DNA of 64,000 bases from the human T2T-CHM13v2.0 reference genome, Homo sapiens, in the NCBI RefSeq assembly GCF_009914755.1, contig NC_060948.1; one strand, 5' to 3'. This document shows positions 25,211-35,655 of this stretch, one piece after another (within the stretch, counting starts at the first letter, position 1; every line of letters begins with the position of its first letter). The notes under the pieces were generated by a model that was not told the DNA's origin, ran no database searches, and saw only the letters and a list, made by a program, of their open reading frames with translations. A program made the position numbers and the translations under genes.

Positions 25211-26336
25211 CAGCCTAGAAACCTGAGGGACACCATCAATCAGCCATACTTATGCAATTTGGAAATTCGAAAGAAGAGAGAAAGAATCAAGGACACTACT
25301 TAACAAAATAGGCATAAAGAAGGTAACAATTTAAGACAATAAATAAGCACCCAAGAATCTCAACAAACTCCAAGTAATAGAAACTCAACAAACAAACTCA
25401 AACTTACCTGATAATTGAACTGTCTAAAACAAATACAAAGAGAATCTTGAGGATTTTCAAGGGAAGCAAGGGAAGTGGCTAGTCATGTAAAAGGGACCCT
25501 CAAAAATAACCAGTGAATTTCTTATCTGAATAACCACTGAATAACTGGTGGATTTCTTATCTGACAACTAAGATGACAGAAAGCAGTAGACTAATATATT
25601 CCAAGTGATATCAGAAAAAACTGTCAAACCTAAAACTTATGGTCCAATAAATTGTCCATCAAATGTGTGGGACAAATTATAACACTCCCAGATAAAAGCT
25701 GGCACCCTTAACCAGTAAGCTACACTTCAAGAAAACACTCATATATTTAATAAAAAAAAAACTACCATTATTGGGGGAACCACCACTGATAATTCAATGT
25801 AATTTATTTTCTATTTTCCCTAAATGTCAGCCAGTATGAGAAATAAAGGGAAAGAGTACAAAAGAGAGAAATTTTAAAGCAGGGTGTCCAGGGGAGACTT
25901 CACATGTCGGCAGGTTCTGTAATGCTCCTCAATCAGCAAAACCAACAAGTTTTTATTAGCGATTTTCAAATGGGAGGGAGTGTAAAAATAGGGTGTGGGT
26001 CACAGAGATCACATGCTTCATAAGGCAATAACATATCACAAGGCAAATGGGGGCAGAGCACTAGGGCAAAATTAAAATTGCTAATGAAGTTTTGGGCACA
26101 TATTGTCATTGAAAACATCTTATCAGGAGACAGGGTTTGAGAGCAGACAACCGTTATGACTAAAACTTGCTAGGCAGGATTTCCTCATCCTAATAGGCCT
26201 TCGAGCACTATGGGAGACTGAGGCTTATTTCTTCCCTTATCTGCAACCGTAAAAGACAGACATTCCCAGAGCAGCCATTTCAGAGTCCTTCTTTTAAGAA
26301 CACATTGTGTTTCTCAGGGCTGTTCCTTGCTGAGAA

Positions 26337-26367
<31 letters not shown>

Positions 26368-27075
26368 CAAAAAACCAACCAAACAAACAAAAAGTGATAT
26401 TTCTCCTATTCACTTTTGTAAGAAGAGAAACGTGACTCTGTTCTGCCTGTCTCTCAGGCAGTCAGACCTGATGGTTATCTCCCCATTCCCTAAACATTGT
26501 TGTTATCCTGTTCTTTTTTCAAGGTGCCTAGATTTCATATTGTTTAAACACAAATGCTTTACAAACAATTTGTGCAGTTAACTCAATCTTCACAGGGTTT
26601 TGAGGCAATATAGATCCTCAGCTTAAAAAAGATGATGAGATTAAGAGATTAAAGTAAAGACAGGCATAGGAAATCACAAGAGTATTGATAAGGGAAGTGA
26701 TAAATGTCCATGAGATCTTCACAATTCATGTTTGCAGGTTGCAGTAAAGACAGGTGTAAGAAATTATAAAAGTATTCATTTGGGGAACTAACAAATGTCC
26801 ATGAAATCTTCACAATTTATGTTCCTCTGCCATGGCTTCAGCAGGTCCCGCCGCTCAGGGTCCCTGACTTCCTGCAACACTACCACTAATTTGTGTTTTT
26901 GACATACAATGCATCAAGGTACAATTTTGAGAACTCAATAACTGAAATAATGGAGTTAAGTTATACAGGAGTAAAGGTTTTGTATGTTACTAAAGGTAAG
27001 CTAGTGTAACTTTCAAAATGTTATAACATTCGAATGTTCAATTTAATCATCATAGCAACCACAACTAGTCAAAAC
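25211..27075 (+). mobile_element. L1M ORF1 region, duplicate of 20980-21800, interrupted by MER11
   Basis: cagcctagaa..gggacaccatcaa, gataaaagctgg and ttgtgtttttgacatacaat are shared with the copy 1 flank. Confidence 0.8.
25768..26879 (-). mobile_element. MER11 solo LTR (HERV-K11/HML-8)
   Basis: Reverse begins TGTTGCAGGAAGTCAGGGACCC and ends GGTTCCCCCAATA. TSD CTACCA at 25762-25767 and 26880-26885. Confidence 0.93.
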
Positions 27076-27418
27076 AAACAAACAAACACAAAAGAGTAAC
27101 AGGCAGAAAGAAGGCTTTCTGTATACCAGAGAATAGGGGCTGTGGATTTAGCTACTCTTATCTGAGGCTACTGAGCCAGGTATCATGCTCCATGAGATAA
27201 AGCCCAAGCTGTCCTACCAGGGAGAAAGTGTGAAGAGCCTAAGGCACATAGCATAGCTGCTATTTCACACAATTTTCACTGCACCAGTGGCAATGAAGTA
27301 GAAGAGGCTCATCCATACTCAGAACCTGGTGAAGGACTGGAGGCAGAAAGAAGTGGCTGTGTAGAGATGCAACTGAAATAAAGCTCACAGCAACTGCTCC
27401 AATCCTGTGTCTTTCTTC

Positions 27419-29289
27419 ATGGATTCCCAGGAGTTTGAGGTTGAAACTATTGTTGACAAAAGACAAGGAAAAAATGTGAATATAGAGTATTTGGTTAAGT
27501 GGAAAGCTTATGACAAGCAGTATGACACTTGGGAACCAAAGCAGCACCTCATGAACTGTGAAAAATGTATGATTTTAACAGACGACAGACTGAAAAACAG
27601 AAAAAAAAATACATGGACCAGAGCAAGTAGAACTTTTTCAAACCATACTAGAGGAACTTCCAGATCTACCAACCCCAAGTTTTCTAAGAACTCTCCTAAC
27701 ATGCTAGTGACTGGCAAACACCACAAATCCAAAAACAGCCAGTTATTTGCTGCCAGCAAGAATGTTAGGAGAAAGGCAGCTTCACTTCTCTTTGACACAA
27801 GAATATGGAGCCAGTAAACTCAACTATGAAGACATTTGCACCTCACAGTCCCTTTAACAAGAAAACTGTGAGTGGCTTTCAGGAGCTTGAGAAACTGGAC
27901 CCCTTTATGGTAGATCTGCAGGACACAGTGGTCTTCAAGGGGATAGAAGGGAAGCCCATCAGGACTTTATCAGGTTCTGGTGCAGAACAGGTTGGAATAG
28001 AGAACAGGACCCAGATACACCTGCTAATGTCTCAGATATCTGGCTCACTTACTGCTTCCTTGGCCACAGGCTCAGCTACCAAAAAAAGGTATAGTGACAT
28101 TAACAGACCCATTAGCAGCCAATAGAACAACAGACATGCATACATCAGTTCCAAGAGGGAAATGAGGGCAAATAAATGTCACTGATGATGGCAGAGACCA
28201 GCCTTTTATCAAGAAGATGTACTTCACTATAAGGCTAACAGAAAATTCCAGCACATACAGACACATTCTCGTGAAGAAAGAGGATGGATTCACCCAAATA
28301 TCGCTATCAACTCAATCGACAGAAAAATATGCAGTGAATACAGAAGTACTTAAAGAAATGGTTAATGCTCTGAATAGGGATGTTGTGGATGACAGCAAGC
28401 TTGTGCTGTTCTGTGCAGCTGGAAATGTCTTTTGCTATGGTCTTGATTTTGGGTACTTTGTGAAGCACTTAAGGAATGACAGAGAGCAAGCCTTGAGATT
28501 GTGGACACCATCAAGAACTTTGTGAATACTTTTATTCAATTTAAAAAGCCTATTGTTGTATCAGTCAATGGCCCTGTCACTGGACTAGGTGAATCCATAC
28601 TGCCTCTTCGTGATCTCGTGTGGGCTAATGAAAAGTCTTGGTTCCAAACCTCTTATGCAGCTTTTGGACACAGTCCAGATGGCTGTTCTACTGTTACATT
28701 TTCAAAAATGATGGGTGAAGCATCTGCCAATGAAATATTAATGCTGGGCAAAAGCTGACAGCATGGGAGGCATGTGCCAAACGCCTGGTCTCTCAAGCGT
28801 TTTTGACTGCAACTTTCACCCAAGGGGTTGTGATTCAAATTAAGGAGCTTGCCTCATGTAATCAAGATGCACTGGAAGAATGTATGGCTCTTGTTCACTG
28901 TAATATTAAGATGGAGTTGGAGGTGCTGAGGAAGATATGGGGTCAGCACAAGGGATAGAATCCATGTTGAAGTGGCCGGTCACGGTGACTCACGCCTGTA
29001 ATCCCTGCACTTTGGGAGGCCAAGGTGGGTGGATCATGAGGTCAGGAGATCGAGACCATCCTGGCTAACATGGTGAAACCCGGTCTCTACAAAAAATATG
29101 CAAAAAAATTAGCCAGGTGTGGTAATGGGAGCCTGTACTCCCTGCTACTTGGGAGGCTGAGGCAGGAGAATGGCATGAACGCAGGAGGCAGAGCTTGCAG
29201 TGAGCCAAAATCGCACCACTGCACTAAAAAAAAAAAAAAAAAAGGAATCCTTGTTTAAGTATGTGTAGAATAAAACTGATGAGATTTAG
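27419..29289 (+). pseudogene. CDY: CDY (chromodomain Y) retrogene pseudogene copy 2, full-length CDS with frameshifts, stops and an Alu
   Basis: [33 protein letters not shown] chromodomain. Crotonase-like domain TYRHILVKKEDGFTQI, FVNTFIQFKKPIVVSVNGP. C-terminus GIESMLK[Alu]YV*NKTDEI*. Intronless and split over at least four ORFs. Confidence 0.97.
28974..29243 (+). mobile_element. AluY, 3'-truncated, inserted in the CDY C-terminal codons
   Basis: ggatcatgaggtcaggagatcgagaccatcctggctaac and gagcttgcagtgagc. TSD gaatccatgttgaagt (28958-28973) / gaatccttgtttaagt (29245-29260). Confidence 0.95.
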
Positions 29290-29667
29290 TTGTCAGTCTG
29301 TCTGCTCAGGACACAAGAACTAAGCTGAAACAAATGCATAAGGATTTGCTGTCTTCATTGCCCAAAACAATTTCAATCACAGCTAAGGCTTGGAAAGAGA
29401 ATTGGAAAGATCCAAGCTATGTATTTAAATTATCAAGGCATTTTTAAGCACTGCAACATTAAATGAGTAATAAAACAGCTTATTTGCCCAAATGTGATTA
29501 TTTTATGCACATATAAGACCAAATACAAAAGCAGACTGATGGGTACTAGACTGCCCTAATTTGTGTCTATGGCTACTACTATATATATAACCAGAATTGT
29601 GTTTTATTAGATGTGGATGACAGATAATTCTGTAATAGTGTTTATTTTTCTCATTTTTATATCCTAG

Positions 29668-29752
29668 AATACAGAGTCTACTGGGGTATGAGGCAGCCTC
29701 AGCTTCCCTACCACAAAGAAAGGCACAGAACTATCAGAGATGGTGCCTTTGA
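29668..29752 (+). pseudogene. CDY: Homologue of the alternative spliced 3' exon of CDY1
   Basis: Pyrimidine-rich tract and AG at 29666-29667. Reads IQSLLGYEAASASLPQRKAQNYQRWCL*, versus the recalled CDY1 spliced tail IPLLGYKAAFPPRKTQNDQRWCP. Confidence 0.8.
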
Positions 29753-30214
29753 CTTTATAGTGGCACAAATACTTCAGAGACACAAAATTATAAATTAAAA
29801 ATCTTATCTTTTAGAATAAATATTTCTGACACAAAATTCACTGATCATTCTCCTAAACTGAACATATGATTCAAATTTTTGTTGAGATATCACTTGATTT
29901 TCTTTTCTATTATAAATGTCTAATTGTTACCCAGTTGACAAAAGAATATTTATCTGTCTAAAGTAAAACTTGTTGCACCCTATTAGTGAATTATGGAATC
30001 ATTTTTGTGGAAATATCCAAGTTCTAAACTTTATAATGTACAGATTTAGTTTTAGGTTAACTTGGAGTATGTTCTAGTTAATAAGTTAAAATTATGGACA
30101 CATTACTAAAGGCAGAAACTTCCTTCAAAACAAATAAAAGCCCCCTACACTCTGTATGAAATTTGAAATTATCATTGTCTGTTGTTATGTGCACACAATT
30201 TTCTAGAACATTGT

Positions 30215-30790
30215 ATGTGTTCAGCTACCCAGAAGCTCTCTGAATCCTGTTCTGTACGTTTTTATGGAGGCTCCATTGCATAGGCATAATTGAACAATCC
30301 AGTGGCCACTGGTGAGGAATTTCACCTTTGGCTCAGGAACTCTAGGGTGTCACTTCGACAGCCAAGAATCTCTGTGGATGATGGCACCTTTGCGCAAGTT
30401 TCTCTTGAGCCTGCTTTCTAATTGTGCAAACCCATCTTGCAGGCTGCACTCAGCTCAAACTATGGGCTTAGGTTTCATTTCACTATGGATGCGCCAGGCA
30501 CAGAATGGAGGCAGATGTATGAGTAAGTGATGGTTGAGCCCATCCACTTCACACAGCTAGGCATATTATCTGGTATCAGACAAGCAGGTCAGGTGCTGGT
30601 ACAGGTGACAGCTCCCTGCAAATTTTTAGGTGAATCAGCCATACCACAAGCTTTCTTTTCTGCAGGCACTGAAGAAGGCAGTGGAATCCAGATACATAGA
30701 AATGACAGAAACTGCAGAGATCCAAAGGTGTTGTCACAGCCCTGGCTTGGGAAAGGTTTGGATCTGGGCCCTTTTAAGGGCCAAAGCCCT
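30215..30790. mobile_element. MER21-like fragment followed by MER52-family LTR 3' part (minus), duplicate of the 23010-23200 junction
   Basis: cagaagctctctgaatcc..; tctagggtgtcacttc..tctgtgg..; gtcacagccctggcttgg. Confidence 0.65.
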
Positions 30791-30829
30791 GCTTTCTTTT
30801 TTCTTTCTTTCTTTATTTTTTTTAACTTA

Positions 30830-31541
30830 TCTATGGAATCACTAGGGCTCAAATTAAGGCTTTCAAAGGGCTCTCTGTCTTGCTACTGGAAATTAGGATC
30901 TTATCTTTTCTTCACTCAGTCTCTCTTTCACTGCTTTGCATTTATTATGACATGCTATAGAACAAATGCTGTTTGCCACAGCATCTTTCTGTTGCCTGCA
31001 GGGCTGTCTATTTCACAGAAGCAGTAAGATTTTGGCTTAGGAATAACATAACATCTTCCTATGGAGGATGAGATAAAAAAGCTAGATATTAGAAAGTCTC
31101 TCTATATAAACTGAGGTATCAGAAAACTTCCCCACATCTTAATTTATTTGTTTAAGGTACTGTAATGAAAAAGAAACTTGCACTTTACAGACAACTCATT
31201 CATTGGGCATTTCCTATAGGGGTAGTAATGGACTTGGAGGGTTGGATGTTAAAATTGGAAGATCTGATGATGATGTGACTAAAAGGTTCTCTAGATCAAG
31301 AATATGAGAAAAAGTGGGGCAACAAAATTTGCTTTTGAGAGTTTCCAGGGTGAATGTTTCTCCGATGTTTGGTAGCTGCTTACTGTGGGCTTTTCTGATA
31401 TAACTGCTAAGAAGGCATGAACAATTTTACAATAGTTACAAAGATTTGGGTTGCTTCACAGGGCAAAAATGCTTTGCACATAGGCAACTTCAAACAATTT
31501 GCCTTCCCACCCTCAGAAACTATCTAGGTCTTCAATAATAT
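30830..31541 (-). mobile_element. ERV1 (HUERS-P/HERV9-like) gag fragment
   Basis: Minus strand reads IIEDLDSF*GWEGKLFEVAYVQS (MA-like). Homologous to 49170-49847. Confidence 0.7.
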
Positions 31542-32347
31542 TGAGAATGAAAAGCTACATAATTATCGATTACTGGTAAAATTTTGACAAGCAGAGAAAC
31601 AGCCTGAAAAATCAGGCTGCAGACACAAATTGAAGAATCCTGCACAATCCTGTGGCCCATGCAAATAAATAAAATATCCAACTTTGTGTGTGTGGGGGCT
31701 TAAGACATGCACACAGTTACTCAGATTAAAAAAACAAACAAAAAAAAAAACATGATCCTACATTAAAATGCTGTTTTTTGTATAACCAGAGGGCTTCCAG
31801 GAATTACTCTCTCTCTCTCTCTTTTTCTGGACATGTACACATTGGCCTCTAGTGTGTTACAAAGGGTACCTTACATTAGTAAACATGCTTTAGACTCTGA
31901 GCCAAGTTTCTTTAAATTATCAATTGAACCTCCGGTCCTACGCCAATGTCCCAGCCATGCTTTCACTTTACCTCTTGTGTGGCTCAGGGCCAAGTTCCTG
32001 ACCCACGCTGATTCATTACTTCAGCTATTAATAGTTCCAGGCTCAAGGTCCCAGAAAAGAAGAGTAGTGCTTTCTTCAAGACTAGTTAGTGCATTTTCTT
32101 TCTTCCATAAAGATATCAGACTCTCCATCAAAGTGGGCAACTAAATCTACTCCTCCAGAAGTTAATGTATTAAACATTTCCTATAATCTCACCTTTTGCA
32201 TTCATAATTTTTAATTTTCTTGGGGTTAAAAAAATTCTGTGTGACACCTCAAAATGAGAGAATGATACATTGTGGTGCATTAGGGGACTGCAAGGTTTGT
32301 TTTTGGTTCATGGACCTGGAAAGGGCTTAATTAAAAAAGTCAGTAGG

Positions 32348-32648
32348 GGATGGGCATGTGGACTCATGCCTGTAATCCCAGAACTTTGGGAGATCAAGGT
32401 GGGCAAATTAAGATTAGGTCAAGATCCAGATCATCCTTTCTAACATGGTGAAAACCCCTGTCTACTAATAATACAAAAAATTAGCCAGGTGTGGTGGTGG
32501 GCAACTGCAGTCCAAGATACTCTGTAGGCTAAGGCAAGAGAATGGCATAAACCCAGGAGGCAGAGCTTGCAGTTAGCCAAGATCACACCACTGCACACCA
32601 GCCTAAGTGACAGAGTGAGACTCTGTCAAAAAAAAATAAAATTAAATT
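32348..32648 (+). mobile_element. AluY-like element in the provirus leader
   Basis: Full Alu with aatggcataaacccaggaggcagagcttgcag. TSD aaagtcagtagg at 32336-32347 and 32649-32660. Confidence 0.92.
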
Positions 32649-35095
32649 AAAGTCAGTAGGAGTGCACTTCCAAACTATTTACATTCATATCTGCAGCTTG
32701 TCCTCATTTTTTTTTATTTTTAATTTTTGAAGAGCAAGAAAATTCTGGGCCAGTGTCAGGTAAAATCTGATATACTGCCTGCCATTCTTACAAAGCTTAG
32801 GAGAAAGCGATGCCGGGAGACACATTGGCAGTCTCCTTTCACCCTCCGCTGTTGAAAATATTGCCTCTTTTCTAACTGTTTTCTTTCACAGAGGATTTAA
32901 GTGTCACATGGGACTGAGAGGATATCTAAGGTAGCTGAAGATTTCTGGTTAAGACTGCACTATGGTGTTATGTGAAGTCCCAAAAGTAACTCCAGTTTCT
33001 GACAACCCATCAAAGTGGTGCCATTAAAACTCCAGACTTTTCTGTTGCATTTTTTTTTTGTCATTGTGTGGCTAGTGTGTCTCCTATTTCTTCTTTGTAT
33101 GCAATATTGTGACCTGGAGATATAATCTTACTGGGAAAAGTAAGTGGATGTCATAGTAATTAGAAATGTAATTCAAACACTTGCAAAACAAGAAGAATCC
33201 AAAATTGTAGTTTAAAAATTTTTATTTGGTAAGAGTCTTTTTGTTCCCTGACGATAGATATTCATGCACTGTATGGAATGGCAAACATTTAAATAAAATT
33301 TCTCTTTTTGGATGCTTATTTGTCTTTAAAAAGCTCAGCACTGCCATATATATCTAAACAGTTTCTTTTTGAGACACATGATTTTTTCTGCACAGACATA
33401 CTGTGGGACAGGTGATAGAGTGTTAACTTTCTTTTTCTAACTTTTGACTATATAAACCTAGGATTCATCACTTTCATGTGACGTTTTAGATCTTAAAATG
33501 CCACCTACTGAGATGAGATTTTTCTCTGTGGGAAGCCTTGTCAGTACTTTGCACAAAACTTTTGGTTTTTTAACTCCTCCCTTTCCTGTGTCTTTCTAAC
33601 AGTAATAAGACTCTCTGCCCTATCTGAAAACAGAAAATTTCCACTTTCACTAATCGGAAAGAAGGTGCCTTTTAGAGACATATTCTAGCTAAGTGCTGTC
33701 TTATGAAAGCCAGCCATGCTAGCTTTACATGTTTTGAGTCACACATTCTTCTTCCAGCAGCACTGACGTTTAAACTAAAAGAGAATTTTATGTTTCAAAG
33801 TCAGTTGATCTTATTTCCTGGAATTTCAATGTTTTTCTAGGGCCATATCAAAAGAAGCCAGAAATAGTACTAAAAGTCTTACTCTATATAATGGTCTTGC
33901 TCGAATCCAATAACTATATAATCTTTTTTTAGGTTCCCAAGTTACTTTGAGAATCTTCTGGGTTGAATAGGCTTAGGAAACCAACAAAGAGTCACCAGTG
34001 GAGAGCTAAAGCCCCGCAGGTAAACATTACTTGTCCTGCTGTCTAGCTTCTCTGGAACTGTGGGTGAAGGTTTGGCTTGCCTCCATGGGGGACACCTATG
34101 TCAGTCACCAGACTCAGGAAAGACAAGACGAACACAAAAACAAGGAACATCCTATCTATCTTTTTATTCAGTGAGAGCTACTTCAAAAGGGGGAAAAGGA
34201 GTATGGGATGCTTTCTCTATATATTTCTTTAGAAAGTTCACAAACAATCTGCAATGTGCAACTCTCTAGATTACATTTTGAAATACAGACATTTAATTGA
34301 CTATGAGACTCTGAAAAAGAAAGTGGCTTATGTATTTCTTTGTTTATTTATTGCTGAAGGGCACGACAATCTTACCAGCTCCAGGACAGACAGGCCTAGC
34401 TTTCTGAAGGAAGTGTTCATTTTAGTACTATTCAACAGTTACATCTTTTCTTCAGATGGCAAAGAAAAGAGTTTGATTTTTTATTTTTTTTGTACATGCT
34501 TACTTCTACTTGGGAGAATCCACATCTTTAAGAGCATTGTAAAACTGACTCTGCCCTCTTGGCAGTCATATCAGGCAAGTTTCAAGGAGATAATTCATTA
34601 AAGTCAGAGACCAACCCATGAGGAACACTCAAATGTAACTTCCAAATACCCTAACTGCAACCCTTATTTAGAACCTCCAATAGCAATTTTATCAGCTTGT
34701 CTTATTTTTGCCACTAAAGAAACCCCCAACTTCACTGTTGCCCCTGCAGGAAATACTCCATAGAAGTGATACTAGTAGAGTACAAGTTTTCTACTCATTT
34801 CAGGGACTTAGAAAAATAATGGAAAACCTAAGCAAGTATCTCTGATGAACCTGATTGATATACAGAGGCATTTCAAAATCTAACTCAAGTGTTTAATCAT
34901 AACTGAAGAGATGACACATTATTCCTAAACTAAACCATAACCATTGCCCTAAAGCAGACGTTTTTACAGAGAGTAGAATTATCCATGGATGAACCACATG
35001 TCTTTTATAAAATCTTGAAAAATGGAGGGTGTAAAGGAAAAAAAAATGTTGAACCGGTAACAGAATACTTATAAAACTCCTCTATTGTTTATTGT

Positions 35096-35113
35096 TTATA
35101 TATATATACACTC

Positions 35114-35161
<48 letters not shown>

Positions 35162-35580
35162 TCCTGTATATATATATATATATATACACTCTTGTATATA
35201 TATATATTCCTGTACATATATATGTATACTCTTGTATATATATATACTCCTGTATATACATATATATACACTCCTGTATATACATATATATACACTCCTG
35301 TATATACATATATATATACACTCCTGTATATATATATGTATACTCCTGTGTATATATATGTATATTCCTGTATATATATACTCCTGTATATATATATACT
35401 CCTGTATATATATGTACCCTGTATGTATATATATACTCCTGTATATATATGTACTCCTGTATATATATATACTCCTGTATATATATATACTCTTCTGTAT
35501 ATATATATACTCCTGTATATATATATATACTCCTGTATATATATATATATATATTCCTGTATATATGTATATATATATTC

Positions 35581-35652
<72 letters not shown>
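35096..35652. repeat. TA-rich minisatellite [(TA)n-ACTCCTG units] ending in (TG)n(TA)n(GA)n
   Basis: Direct read; many tatatatactcctg units. Confidence 0.97.

Positions 35653-35655
<3 letters not shown>

Noticed and set aside
27419-29289. Functional CDY1/CDY2 gene
   Set aside because: Multiple frameshifts, in-frame stops, a short deletion at ~28920 and an Alu insertion
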